A stretch of DNA of 64,000 nucleotides. It comes from Candidatus Poseidoniaceae archaeon (GTDB lineage: Archaea > Thermoplasmatota > Poseidoniia > Poseidoniales > Poseidoniaceae). The stretch covers positions 132,909 to 196,908 of the forward strand of contig CALHIR010000005.1 in the NCBI GenBank assembly GCA_938030705.1, in the 5' to 3' direction. The notes under the pieces were generated by a model, which was not told the DNA's origin, made no database searches, and worked only from the letters and a program-made list of their open reading frames with translations. Made by a program: the position numbers and the translations under genes. Shown here piece by piece: positions 48,584-58,843 of this stretch. Numbering within the stretch: the stretch's first letter is position 1; each line of letters opens with the position of its first letter.

Positions 48584-50254
48584 TTGATGACTGAGGAAGG
48601 ACGACTCGGACGATTGAGTGAAATGCTCAAACGGCGAGGTTTTCTTCTCCCTGCATTCGAAATCCACGGCGGTGCCAAAGGCCTCTACGACTTTGGGCCC
48701 GTCGGTGGACGCATGCGTTCGAGGATCAACCAACGTTGGCTGGACCACTGGCTTCGCTTGGGAAACGTCGTTGAGTTATCTTGCCCCACGGTGACCCCTT
48801 ATGCCGTTCTTGAAGCCAGCGGACACGTCGGTGAATTCTCAGATTTCATGACGCAGTGCCTCAAATGCGAGGAAGCAAGTCGGGCCGACACACTGCTTGA
48901 AGCCCACCATTCGAATCCTGATGCCCTCAAGCGAGACGAACTGCAAACTCTGCTGTTTGACATCAATCCCGCCTGCCCGGCCTGTGGCGCTCAGGATTGG
49001 AGCGAGGTCACCGCCCAGAACCTCATGTTCAACACCACCATCGGTGCAGGGCCCTCCGGTCGCCCTGGATTCCTCAGACCTGAAACCGCTCAAGGCATGT
49101 TTACTTCTTACGGTGCTCTCCTGCGTCATTTCCGAGACCGCCTTCCCTTTGGCGCCATGCAAATCGGGAAAGGTTACCGAAACGAGATAGCCCCTCGGCA
49201 AGGGATGATTCGGCTTCGTGAATTCAACATGGCCGAACTTGAGTATTTCATCGACCCTGAGGCGACCTTAAACGATGATTTAGCGCCATGGGGTGACCAA
49301 CCGATGATGTTGATAGCCGAGGGGAGAGAACCTTGTGAAATGACGTTGGGTGAAGCGTGTAAGCAAGGACTCATTCGACATACAACCGTTGCTAAATTCA
49401 TGGGCATCACCTGGGATTTCTTAACCGATGTTGGCATTCATCCGGAGCGCCTTCGGTTCCGGCAACACGAACACGATGAGATGGCCCACTACGCCATGGA
49501 TTGCTGGGATGCAGAAATTGAAGGCAGCTACGGTTGGATTGAATGCGTAGGCATTGCCCACAGAGGGTGCTACGACCTTGAGAGCCATGAGAACGCAACG
49601 GGCCGAACGTTGAGGGCACGTCGAGAATTTGACGAACCAAAGACAATTGAAATTGACGGCTGGACCATTGATGGGGCAAAAGCAGGGCCCGCATTCAAAG
49701 CCTTGGCGGGCATGGTCAAAACGGCCGTTGAAGCCCTTCCCAAAGCCGCGAGTTTTCCGATCGACCTCGACCTTTCGAACGGCGAAACGGTCACCGTTGA
49801 GGAAGAACACGTGAAGCCCAATCAAAAGACCATCAAAGAAACCGGAGAGTGGTACATCCCTCATGTAATCGAGCCCGCCTTCGGGATCGACCGAATCATC
49901 TGGCACGTGATTGACCACGCTTACCACGAGACCGAAAAGAAAGGTGAACCGTATTGCATCATGAAAATCCAGCCAGGTGTTGCTCCCGTTGATTATGCCG
50001 TTTTCCCACTTTTCGAAAAGGATGGCATGAACGATTTGGCTTGGGATATCCACCAACGCTTGTGCGCTGCCCCTGGACTGGTCTCCATGTATGACGGCAC
50101 GGGATCCATCGGCCGAAGGTATGCCCGGGCTGATGAAATAGGCGTACCGTCCTGCATCACGGTGGACCATCAATCGGTTGAGGACGGTACCGTCACCGTC
50201 CGAGATCGCGACACTGGAGAGCAAACCCGGATGTTGATTTCTGACTTGGTTTAG
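48584..50254 (+). CDS. glyS: Glycyl-tRNA synthetase (archaeal/eukaryotic-type class II)
   Basis: 'GFLLPAFEIHGGAKGLYDFGPVG', motif 2 'FRNEIAPRQGMIRLREFNMAE', motif 3 'GIDR'. 556 aa. Confidence 0.9.
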   Translation: MMTEEGRLGRLSEMLKRRGFLLPAFEIHGGAKGLYDFGPVGGRMRSRINQRWLDHWLRLGNVVELSCPTVTPYAVLEASGHVGEFSDFMTQCLKCEEASRADTLLEAHHSNPDALKRDELQTLLFDINPACPACGAQDWSEVTAQNLMFNTTIGAGPSGRPGFLRPETAQGMFTSYGALLRHFRDRLPFGAMQIGKGYRNEIAPRQGMIRLREFNMAELEYFIDPEATLNDDLAPWGDQPMMLIAEGREPCEMTLGEACKQGLIRHTTVAKFMGITWDFLTDVGIHPERLRFRQHEHDEMAHYAMDCWDAEIEGSYGWIECVGIAHRGCYDLESHENATGRTLRARREFDEPKTIEIDGWTIDGAKAGPAFKALAGMVKTAVEALPKAASFPIDLDLSNGETVTVEEEHVKPNQKTIKETGEWYIPHVIEPAFGIDRIIWHVIDHAYHETEKKGEPYCIMKIQPGVAPVDYAVFPLFEKDGMNDLAWDIHQRLCAAPGLVSMYDGTGSIGRRYARADEIGVPSCITVDHQSVEDGTVTVRDRDTGEQTRMLISDLV

Positions 50255-50298
50255 TTTCTGCCTCCCTGACCAAGGCCGCAAAATAGAATCGCAACCGA

Positions 50299-51912
50299 GT
50301 GAAGGTTGATGTACCCTCCAAGACATGTTCCCTCATGGCTCAGGTAAGTGATTGGACCGAGCGGCATCGTCCGCGCTCGGAACAGTTGCTCGAAGGCAAT
50401 GAGGTTCAGCGCCGTAAGATTCGGGCTTGGCTCGACGAGTGGCAAAACGGAGCACCGAAGAAAAAAGCGCTCCTCCTCATCGGACCTCCTGGCGTTGGGA
50501 AAACAACGGTTGCTCGAGCCATTGCCGAAGACATGGGATGGAACGTCATTGAACTCAACGCCAGCGATGCACGAAACGCAGCCGCCATTCGCAAGGCCGC
50601 GACGAGTGGAGCCACCCATCGTTCGCTTTTTCACGACCCATCGGCGCCGCCTTCGCGCACCCTTATCCTCCTTGACGAAGTTGACCATCTCTCCGGTGGC
50701 CTTCGCCAAATCAGCCAAGAAAGGATTGAGAAAGCCATGTCGGGGGAAGAGGAACGCCCCGGCGCAGCCCTCAAAGGAGATTCGGGGGGGAAGGCAGAAC
50801 TCCTTCGTCTTCTCGATCAAACCAAACAGCCCGTGATTCTTGCTTGCAATGAAGAAATGGGCCTTTGGGGACGCAATTCATCTTGGCGCAGCACGCGAGA
50901 TCGGTTTACGAAACACTTGTTGAAAATCAACTTCGTCCGAGCCAACGACGAAGCCTTACGCAGAATTGCCCGAAGGGTTTTGCGTGAAGAAGGCATTCCA
51001 TTCGAAGAGGAGGCCATCGATGCCTTGGCTCAAACCAACCACGGAGACTTGAGGGCCCTCGTTCGAGATTTACAGGTACTTTCCACTGGTTTGAACAAAG
51101 AAACACTCACGCCGACCATGGTTCGCACCCATGCAGAAGCGAGTCAACGGGACGTAAACGTAGAAATTTTTCCAGGTCTCGACCGCCTCTATAGAGAGCG
51201 CAACAGTGAAGCCGCCTCCACCCTCATTCGCACCATTGACAAAGACCCATCAGAATTCCTCAATTGGGTTCATTGGAACAACGCCTCCTTGTTTACCCAT
51301 GCACCGAGTGTACGCCGGGGAGCTCAAACACTCCTCCAAGCCGACCGTGCCATGATGGGACGGTTTCTCAACACCGCCCACAGGTCCACTTATTGGACCC
51401 AACACCTGACGGCTTTGGCTGCATCCACCGCCAACGCTGTTCCCTTAGAAGGGCGGATTTTCCCATCCTACCCGAGTTATCTCCGAAGACGATCACCTGC
51501 CGGACGAAGCAGCATCGTTGAGAAACTGGCAGAGGTTTGCGGGACGAATCAATCGACGACACGAGAAGAATTTTTGCAACCCCTCTTTGCACTGATCCAA
51601 GATGAACACCCACTCGGAGATTCCTCTGATTTTGCTATCTCGCTGACCTTGGGCCTTTCAGGAGAGGAGCACCTTTCTCTGGCGGGATTGGCGAAAACAC
51701 GACGCTCCTCCAAAGCCCTGCTCAAAGCCTATGATGAGGCTGAAGAAATTCACCAAGCGATGCTCATGGAACACCTTCGTGAACAAGAGACCGCCCGCCA
51801 TGAAGCAATTCTGGAACCCGTAAAGGAACCATTGGCCGAAGAGCCACGAGAAGAAGCGAACGACGAGGATGACGACCTTGGGCCATCTCCGGGTCAAATG
51901 ACGTTGTTTTGA
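50299..51912 (+). CDS. rfcL: Replication factor C large subunit
   Basis: 'LLLIGPPGVGKTT', 'LLDEVD' and 'ILACN' (sensor-1 region). 537 aa. Confidence 0.85.
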   Translation: MKVDVPSKTCSLMAQVSDWTERHRPRSEQLLEGNEVQRRKIRAWLDEWQNGAPKKKALLLIGPPGVGKTTVARAIAEDMGWNVIELNASDARNAAAIRKAATSGATHRSLFHDPSAPPSRTLILLDEVDHLSGGLRQISQERIEKAMSGEEERPGAALKGDSGGKAELLRLLDQTKQPVILACNEEMGLWGRNSSWRSTRDRFTKHLLKINFVRANDEALRRIARRVLREEGIPFEEEAIDALAQTNHGDLRALVRDLQVLSTGLNKETLTPTMVRTHAEASQRDVNVEIFPGLDRLYRERNSEAASTLIRTIDKDPSEFLNWVHWNNASLFTHAPSVRRGAQTLLQADRAMMGRFLNTAHRSTYWTQHLTALAASTANAVPLEGRIFPSYPSYLRRRSPAGRSSIVEKLAEVCGTNQSTTREEFLQPLFALIQDEHPLGDSSDFAISLTLGLSGEEHLSLAGLAKTRRSSKALLKAYDEAEEIHQAMLMEHLREQETARHEAILEPVKEPLAEEPREEANDEDDDLGPSPGQMTLF

Positions 51913-53531
51913 TCGTTGTCGTCCTCTCGGTCCAAGATTCGCTTGACCATGGCCATACCTTGACGCTCTCCGTCAGATTTCTCTTCACGGCGCCAGCTGT
52001 GAGGATGGAGCACAATGATGGCGGTCAACAATTCCAGACGACCAAACCACATCAAAATGGAAGTGAAGATCAGCGAACCAGAGTTCATGGTGGCCCATGT
52101 TTCAGTTGGACCGTAAGCACCGAGGGCGGGGCCGGTGTTCCCGAGGCCTGAAGCGGCGACAGAGAAAATCGTCTCAAAAGAGGCATCCGGCATCATCATG
52201 GCCAAAACGATGCAGGAGAAGCCAAACAGAATGACCCAAATGAACAGCATGCCAACAACGAGACTGACTTGCTTTTGTTCAATCACTTCGTTGTTCATTC
52301 GAATCATGTGAATCTTGCGAGGTTGGGCGATGCGTGCGAGTTCCCTGAAGGCGACTTTGAGGCCGATTCGAATTCGCATCAATTTGAGGCCACCGCTCGT
52401 CGATCCTGCACAAGCACCCACGATCATGAGCAGGAAGATGATGATTCGGGCCACACCTGGCCAAGAAGCGTAATCGGCCGAAGCATAGCCGGTGGAGGTG
52501 CCGATGGACAGGACATGGAACAGCGTGTCGAGCAGGGCATTGCCCGCCGCCACGCCCACCAGCACCAACGATACGGTGATGATGAAGACTGCTGAAAAGA
52601 TATAGAACAGATAGGTCCGAAACTCTTCGTCTTTCAAGGCCGATTTGAAATCGCCTGAACCCATGAGCCACATCAAGGTGAAATTCACACCGGCGAGGAA
52701 CATAAACACAATGATGATGATTTCAATGGTTGCTGAATCGTAGTACGCAATACTGGCATCCCTCGTCGAAAATCCACCGCTGGGCATGGTGGTGAACGCG
52801 TGATTCACGGCGTCAAAGAACGACATTCCCCCAATAAATTTCAAAGCCAACATTTCAATGAGGGTCAGCAAAAGGTAGAGGCTCCACAAAGCGATGGCTG
52901 TCTGTCGTAGCTTGGGGCGAAGACGCGAGAGTGAGGGGCCCGTTAATTCTGCACGTGCGAGGGCCATGCCTCCCCCGATGATTCTCGAGAGGACAAGCAT
53001 GCCCAACATGACCACTCCCATACCGCCCAGCCATTGGGTCAGCGAACGCCACAAAAGCAGCCCGCGCGGTTGGGCATTGATGCAATCGAGGGTGGTCCCC
53101 GGAATGCAATTTGGACTCATTGAGTGGGAAAGAACGGTCGCTCCCGAGGTGGTAAAGCCAGACATTGATTCAAACCATGAATTCACAAAACCTCGTAGAA
53201 TATCGATGAGGAGGGCGTCTTCCACGAAGGGACCAACAAAAACACCGCCGAACCAATACGGCAGGGCCCCGATAAATACGGTGAGCGGCCAAACAAGGCC
53301 GACCCCTACGAAGGCTTCCAAGTCCCGAAGCCGTTGCGCAGAATCCGTTCGGGTGAACAAACCGAGCATGGCGGTACCCAACCCTCCGCTGATGAGCATA
53401 GCGGGAACAAAGGCCCGAAGCGCCAGCGCCCACCCGTCGAGCCAAGCCGTTATGGCGGCACAGATCGCAAGAGGGACCAACAGGGCGATGAGGGTCCAGC
53501 CCAAAATCAGGTTCAGCACATCAGAGCGCAT
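51894..53531 (-). CDS. trkH: TrkH/KtrB-family K+ transporter
   Basis: Polytopic with repeated M1-P-M2 units ('MSGFTTSGATV', 'GTSTGYAS', 'GNTGPAL'). Start set at MRSDV, giving an ATGA overlap with the trkA stop; the track start is 53582. Confidence 0.75.
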   Translation of the reverse strand: MRSDVLNLILGWTLIALLVPLAICAAITAWLDGWALALRAFVPAMLISGGLGTAMLGLFTRTDSAQRLRDLEAFVGVGLVWPLTVFIGALPYWFGGVFVGPFVEDALLIDILRGFVNSWFESMSGFTTSGATVLSHSMSPNCIPGTTLDCINAQPRGLLLWRSLTQWLGGMGVVMLGMLVLSRIIGGGMALARAELTGPSLSRLRPKLRQTAIALWSLYLLLTLIEMLALKFIGGMSFFDAVNHAFTTMPSGGFSTRDASIAYYDSATIEIIIIVFMFLAGVNFTLMWLMGSGDFKSALKDEEFRTYLFYIFSAVFIITVSLVLVGVAAGNALLDTLFHVLSIGTSTGYASADYASWPGVARIIIFLLMIVGACAGSTSGGLKLMRIRIGLKVAFRELARIAQPRKIHMIRMNNEVIEQKQVSLVVGMLFIWVILFGFSCIVLAMMMPDASFETIFSVAASGLGNTGPALGAYGPTETWATMNSGSLIFTSILMWFGRLELLTAIIVLHPHSWRREEKSDGERQGMAMVKRILDREDDNDQNNVI

Positions 53532-53533
53532 GG

Positions 53534-54946
53534 TCACACCTTGAATCGTTTCTGAACATCGGCGACCTTTTCTTTCATGCAAAACAAGACGATGTTGTCG
53601 TTCTCAAGAAGAAGTTCATCGGGACGAGGGTCGATGGATTCCCAAGTTCCTCCAATATTGCGGCGCTTGATGAAGGCTGGACGCATCCATTCAGGGAATT
53701 TCGCATCGGAGACTCGCTTTCCGGCAAACTTGGCCCGCTCGGTCACCTTGAGGGTGATGCCCACCACATTCGGCAGTTCGGCAAGGAGAGCGTAGTGTCC
53801 TGAAAGACTACGATGGACGTGGGAAAGAATGTTGTTGACCGCCACACGATGTCGATCTACAGCAAAGGAAATCCCCATTCGTTGGGTGACTTTGACCAAA
53901 TCAGCATCGTAGAGCATCAAACCCGTATGCGGCACACCCAAATCAGACATCATCAGCACTGCAGCGATGTTTGCGTGATCGTCGGCGAGAGCGCTCAAAG
54001 CCACATCGTAGCCATCGATGGAAATTTCTTCGAGGACGCTTCTGTCCAAGTGATCCCCGTGAATGACTTCGATGTTGACGTCACCTCCCATTTTGGAGCC
54101 CGCAAGTTTGTTTGCAAGGTGAAGTTCTCGTTCAAGGACCGTTACCGTGGCGCCATGAGCCAGCCAATCCTTCGCCATCTTGGTTCCAATGGAAGAGGCA
54201 CCGACAATCACCACTTTCGGATGTTCAGGGAAATACGAAATTTCATGCCCGAAGATGATCAAGGCAGGATTGAATCCATCCAAACCGATGACGGCAACAG
54301 CCAAGCGATCGCCGACTTCAAGAACGCTCTCATCGTTGGGAATGAAACTGCGTTGACCGTCTCGCTTCACGCCGACGATGTTGGGAAACACGTGAACAAA
54401 GTCATCCTTGACGTCTTTGAGCGGCCTTCCAACAATGTTTCGTGCGGTCTCACCGATATCAAACTCAATGACGTAAGCATCCTCTCCAAACGGAATAACT
54501 TCTTCGATGTCCGTGGACCGAAGGCCAGCATTCAATCGCTGAATCGCCCCCTGGAGCGGATTCACAACGTGGTCTACCTTGGCCCACTCGATCAAATGAC
54601 CCTGATTGAATTCGTCAACATACGAAGCGGTTCGCAAACGGCAAATGCTCGTTAATCGGTCTTCGCCCTCCGCGGCATTTTGGGCGTGTTCTGCGATGGA
54701 ACAGGCGATCAAGTTGGTTTCGTCCGAGGGTGTTGCCGCAACGAAGACACTGGCGTAATTGATGCCCGCCTCCAGCAGTGTCTCACGGGAGGTGATGTTG
54801 CCATTCACGACCAAACAATCGAGGGCTTGTGCGTTGGTTACTGCCCTTGAATCGTTGTCGACGATGACAATGTCGTACTTTTCGTTGGCCAAAGCCTTGG
54901 CGAGGGCGATACCCACGCGTCCAGCGCCCCCAATAATCACACGCAT
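53534..54946 (-). CDS. trkA: TrkA K+-uptake NAD-binding regulator (tandem RCK domains)
   Basis: Rossmann motifs 'IIGGAGRVGIALAKAL' and 'VVIVGASSIGTKMAKDW'. Confidence 0.85.
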   Translation of the reverse strand: MRVIIGGAGRVGIALAKALANEKYDIVIVDNDSRAVTNAQALDCLVVNGNITSRETLLEAGINYASVFVAATPSDETNLIACSIAEHAQNAAEGEDRLTSICRLRTASYVDEFNQGHLIEWAKVDHVVNPLQGAIQRLNAGLRSTDIEEVIPFGEDAYVIEFDIGETARNIVGRPLKDVKDDFVHVFPNIVGVKRDGQRSFIPNDESVLEVGDRLAVAVIGLDGFNPALIIFGHEISYFPEHPKVVIVGASSIGTKMAKDWLAHGATVTVLERELHLANKLAGSKMGGDVNIEVIHGDHLDRSVLEEISIDGYDVALSALADDHANIAAVLMMSDLGVPHTGLMLYDADLVKVTQRMGISFAVDRHRVAVNNILSHVHRSLSGHYALLAELPNVVGITLKVTERAKFAGKRVSDAKFPEWMRPAFIKRRNIGGTWESIDPRPDELLLENDNIVLFCMKEKVADVQKRFKV

Positions 54947-54958
54947 GCTTTGCTCACC

Positions 54959-56575
54959 TCACAATGTTTCTGGGTACATCTTGACCTTGTAGGTCCCGCC
55001 GTTGAGTTCAACCGCACCCAGCGTTTCGTAGCTTTTCTTTCGGTCAAAATCACACGGTTGATTGCACGAATCAAAGGGATAGTAGTAGCGGTTGACAAGG
55101 CTGGCCGATGGGTCAGCTTCCTCAATCCAATCGATGTATGCCGTTGGAGTTGACAATAACCACTTGTTGTTCACGACGTCAACTTGAGCCTCAACATAAC
55201 ACGTCTGAAGGACGATGTTGCGCTCCTCACACCAACTGTCTTTCAAGGGCAGTTGAATGTAGCCCCAAGCGTGGGCTTCCCACCCATCGTTGGAAAAGAA
55301 CGGGTCGCCCAGCACACCAAAGGCATACCAACCGGGGACCCCACGTGTTCGCAGGATGCTGAAGAAAGCGTTCGTCTGCTCATCACAATCTCCGGTTCCT
55401 GCGGCGAGGCAAGCGGGACCGGAACGCGCTGGACTTGGTGCCTCTCGGTCGTAGGATACGTAGGCATGAAGGTAATCGAACGTTGCTCGAGAGAACGCAT
55501 AGGCATTCTCAGAACTGCCTTCAGGCAGACTTGAAGCGATGGTGTCGGCGGTCGACATGACCAGAGCGTCTTGGGCGTTGATGGCATAGCCTGCACCCGG
55601 CCCACGATCGTACCAGAGGTTTCCTCCGAAATCGCTCTGACGGACGCCGTTTCCACGCTGAGCCAAGTCGGCAAAGGTCCCGGAATTGTCCATATGTATC
55701 CCCATCTCCTTTCCGGCGATGCGAGCATCCACTCGCCCATTGTCCCACCATGAGTAGGAGACCGATTGCATGTGGAGGTCCAAGATATATCGAACACTCC
55801 CCTCGTTCTGGAAATTTGTACGAACTTTGATGCACTTGGCAAGCGGGCATTCGCCATCACCTTCGCCAACGGATGGCCACCAAACTTCGTGCCCGTTCGT
55901 CGTGGTAATGGCGTTGGAAACACTTCGGTGGGGCAAACCGTCCAAGGGGATGTTGATTTCCTGTCCATCAATGGATAACGTGATTTGAAGCGTCTGTTGG
56001 AGAACGGTTGGGGAGGCGTCCTCGGTTCCGTCGGTATACGCAAAGGGTGCCGAACCGGCAATCGTGGATTGAACGATTGGAGGAATCAAAATATTTTCAG
56101 TTTGAGAAGAAACCCCGTTGGCCGTCAAATCATAAATTTTCGAAAGCGTATAACTTGCTTCGTTGGGATAAACGTGGTAGGGGGCAAGTTGAGATTGAAT
56201 AAATTCCTCCACACCACCAAATTCACCAAGAACGGCTTCTTGGGCTTGAGGAGAAAGCAAGATGAACGCAACCAAACCAAGCATCGCCAGACTCCTGAAT
56301 CTGTTTTTCCGACGCTTCATGATGTTTCGTTGACGGCCCGTATGGGTCTGAACAACCCCTCGCTGTGATGGTTTGGCCGCCATTTTGTAGGTGGTATCAC
56401 GGCTTCCCTTGTTCTTGCGAAACTGCTGCTCCAGGCGATAACTCCCCCGATCGCCTTTGGGCAGGACCCGCCCACAGGAATAGCAAATCGTGTCGCCGGG
56501 CAGTGACGCACTGCGACAGTAGGGGCAAGCACCCATGCTAATTGGCTCGGCTGGCGTCGTATAACAATTGTCCAA
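54959..56575 (-). CDS. Transglutaminase-like cysteine-protease-fold membrane protein with an N-terminal cytoplasmic zinc ribbon
   Basis: 'CPYC..CYSC' zinc ribbon, one TM helix ('LAMLGLVAFILL'), then a transglutaminase core: 'GTGDCDEQTNAFFSILRTRGVP' (Cys), 'EAHAW' (His), downstream Asp. Confidence 0.65.
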   Translation of the reverse strand: MDNCYTTPAEPISMGACPYCRSASLPGDTICYSCGRVLPKGDRGSYRLEQQFRKNKGSRDTTYKMAAKPSQRGVVQTHTGRQRNIMKRRKNRFRSLAMLGLVAFILLSPQAQEAVLGEFGGVEEFIQSQLAPYHVYPNEASYTLSKIYDLTANGVSSQTENILIPPIVQSTIAGSAPFAYTDGTEDASPTVLQQTLQITLSIDGQEINIPLDGLPHRSVSNAITTTNGHEVWWPSVGEGDGECPLAKCIKVRTNFQNEGSVRYILDLHMQSVSYSWWDNGRVDARIAGKEMGIHMDNSGTFADLAQRGNGVRQSDFGGNLWYDRGPGAGYAINAQDALVMSTADTIASSLPEGSSENAYAFSRATFDYLHAYVSYDREAPSPARSGPACLAAGTGDCDEQTNAFFSILRTRGVPGWYAFGVLGDPFFSNDGWEAHAWGYIQLPLKDSWCEERNIVLQTCYVEAQVDVVNNKWLLSTPTAYIDWIEEADPSASLVNRYYYPFDSCNQPCDFDRKKSYETLGAVELNGGTYKVKMYPETL

Positions 56576-56654
56576 GGAAACCCGCTGAAATTTTCTCGCT
56601 CAAGGCGTTAAAAATGATGTAAAAAGAAGGCACGAAGAAGAAGTAATCAACTAT

Positions 56655-57506
56655 TTACTCTTCTTCAACCGCCTCGGGTGCTCTCTCGGACCCGCTGCGG
56701 CCAAGGGAACGCTCTCTGGCTTGCTCCGCCCAGAGACGGCGCAAACGGCGTCGACCTTCCTTCGGAACCGATTCCCATATCCACTTTTCAGCAGAAGGAT
56801 TGGTGAGCATGACAAAGGGAAGAATGAACACCCAGCCCTCTGGGTTAAAGACAACAAAGTACAGACCGACCAACAACGATGCCCGCCAGAAAGCCGAGCG
56901 TAGAACAGCACCCCAACGCCGGTCTTGCAACATCATGTAGCCGTGACGAGCCGTAATCAGGGCTTCTGCCCGTGGAGTTACAATGGACACCAGGGCGACA
57001 TTGATGAGGCCCAACGGTGAGAAGATACCTTCAAACTCGAACATTCTGAACATCATGACCATGGCCGTCATGCCCCCAATGGCCAAACCCAAGGCCCATC
57101 CACTGGATGGTTGAGACCCTCCCTTTCGTACGCGGGCCCGCCTGAGCAAGAGATGAGAAAAAATGGATGCGAACATAGCGACGAACATCAGCGGGAAAAT
57201 GTTGAGGCCAGTGTAGACTCCATCATTGGTGGTCACCGTGGTGTAATACGGCCGAAACAAGAGCCCGTCGGCCATAACGGCGTATACGCCGCCCAGGACA
57301 ATCCCCCAAAACACTTGGCTCCACGCGGTCGGCAGGTCGTAAAAACCAGCAAACTTGGTCATCACGCCTCGCCAACCTAACGTCATGCCGATGAGTGCAC
57401 AAAAACTCGAGAGCTGAAACAGCACGAGTTCTGAAACCATGAACGGGCCTATGTGCATCCCCTCATCAAATCGTTGGCGTTTACAAGGGGGAAGGGTGGG
57501 ATTCAA
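56655..57506 (-). CDS. Hypothetical integral membrane protein
   Basis: Six to seven TM helices. The basic C-terminal tail ends 'APEAVEEE'. Divergent from the arsA-like gene. Confidence 0.4.
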   Translation of the reverse strand: MNPTLPPCKRQRFDEGMHIGPFMVSELVLFQLSSFCALIGMTLGWRGVMTKFAGFYDLPTAWSQVFWGIVLGGVYAVMADGLLFRPYYTTVTTNDGVYTGLNIFPLMFVAMFASIFSHLLLRRARVRKGGSQPSSGWALGLAIGGMTAMVMMFRMFEFEGIFSPLGLINVALVSIVTPRAEALITARHGYMMLQDRRWGAVLRSAFWRASLLVGLYFVVFNPEGWVFILPFVMLTNPSAEKWIWESVPKEGRRRLRRLWAEQARERSLGRSGSERAPEAVEEE

Positions 57507-57530
57507 ACACCCCTACCCGTTCGGCCAACC

Positions 57531-58787
57531 ATGGCAAGATTGCTTCTCTTCGGTGGCAAAGGCGGTGTTGGGAAAACGACAACTTCCTCGGCAACCGCCG
57601 TTTGGCTTGCCGATTCGGGACTGAAGGTCCTCTTGGTCTCAAGCGACCCTGCGCACTCCACCTCGGATTCACTCGATGTGCAACTCGGACCTGTGCCAGT
57701 GGAAGTTGAGGGGGTTCCGGGTCTTTACGGCCTTGAAATGGATCCTGAAGCAAAACTGTCCAACCTCCTTCCAAAAGTTGGTGAAGCGATGAACAACATG
57801 GGTTCTGGAGGAATGGGAGGGTTTGGAGGACTTGGCATGATGCTTGACCCGTCAGCCAAAGATGAACTTGACGACATGAAATCCGACATCAAAACCGCAG
57901 ATATGATCTTGCCCGGCCTCGATGAAGCCCTTGCTTTTGATGAACTGCTCAAACACATGGAAAACCCAACTTGGGATGTCGTGGTGTTTGATACCGCCCC
58001 CACCGGACACACCCTTCGATTTTTGTCCCTGCCCGAACTCATTGAGGCTTGGTCCGGCCGGCTGCTTCGCTTGATGCGAGTCTCGGGCGGAATCCGCTCA
58101 ATGCTCTTTGGCCGCAAAGAAAGCGATGCGATGAAAGAAGAACTGGAGCGATTTCGGCGCCGTGTCCTCCATGTACGCCGAGTCCTGAGCGACCCCGCAA
58201 CATCGTCCTTCACCTTGGTCACCATACCCGAGCGGATGGGCATCAACGAAACATTGCGTGCGCACGATTCACTGGTCGATTACAACCTCCCCATCGGCGG
58301 TTGTCTGGTCAACCGCATCACGCCGGAATTCGACCACGAATTTTTGCAAAAACGCCGACAACAGGAACTTGAGCGAATCACGGAATTAAGTGAGAAGCTC
58401 AACGGTGTCAAGGTGGCCCGACTGGAACTGGCCGACAGCGAAATTGTAGGGGTGGATGCGCTGCGCAAAGTTGGCCGACTTTTGTACGGGGATGCACAGG
58501 CACTGCCACACAGCATCGGCCCGCATGCCATCGGCGAGGTCTTGCATCACGAAGTTCACCGCGGTATGGTAGCCCAAGTGGAAGGTGACCACGAACGCGT
58601 GCAGTTGCATTTCCCGGGATTGGAGCGAAGCGATCTCTCCTTGCGCAGTGAAGAGGGGGTTCTCTTCGTCGAGGTGAACGGGCGAGAGCAGGCCATTCCA
58701 ACCGAGACCCATGTCAAATCCAGTCTTGTCAAAGCCTCACTGGAAGGCGACGTGCTCGTCTTGTTGATTCCTCGCTCCTCTTCGTGA
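57531..58787 (+). CDS. ArsA/Get3-family ATPase with a C-terminal HSP20-like domain
   Basis: P-loop 'GGKGGVGKTTTS', 'VFDTAPTGHTLRFL' and 'CLVNRI'. The C-terminal ~90 aa beta-rich tail ('VQLHFPGLERSDLSL..GVLFVEVNGRE') looks like the HSP20-like domain found fused to some ArsA proteins. Start set at MARLLLFGG; the track start is 57453. Confidence 0.8.
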   Translation: MARLLLFGGKGGVGKTTTSSATAVWLADSGLKVLLVSSDPAHSTSDSLDVQLGPVPVEVEGVPGLYGLEMDPEAKLSNLLPKVGEAMNNMGSGGMGGFGGLGMMLDPSAKDELDDMKSDIKTADMILPGLDEALAFDELLKHMENPTWDVVVFDTAPTGHTLRFLSLPELIEAWSGRLLRLMRVSGGIRSMLFGRKESDAMKEELERFRRRVLHVRRVLSDPATSSFTLVTIPERMGINETLRAHDSLVDYNLPIGGCLVNRITPEFDHEFLQKRRQQELERITELSEKLNGVKVARLELADSEIVGVDALRKVGRLLYGDAQALPHSIGPHAIGEVLHHEVHRGMVAQVEGDHERVQLHFPGLERSDLSLRSEEGVLFVEVNGREQAIPTETHVKSSLVKASLEGDVLVLLIPRSSS

Positions 58788-58843
58788 TGGACGGCATGCT
58801 GTTGAGGGCATGGTTTGAAATGGGTCAACCATAACGCCCAAGC

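Noticed and set aside
49421-50326. 301-aa minus-strand ORF
   Set aside because: Antisense shadow inside glyS.
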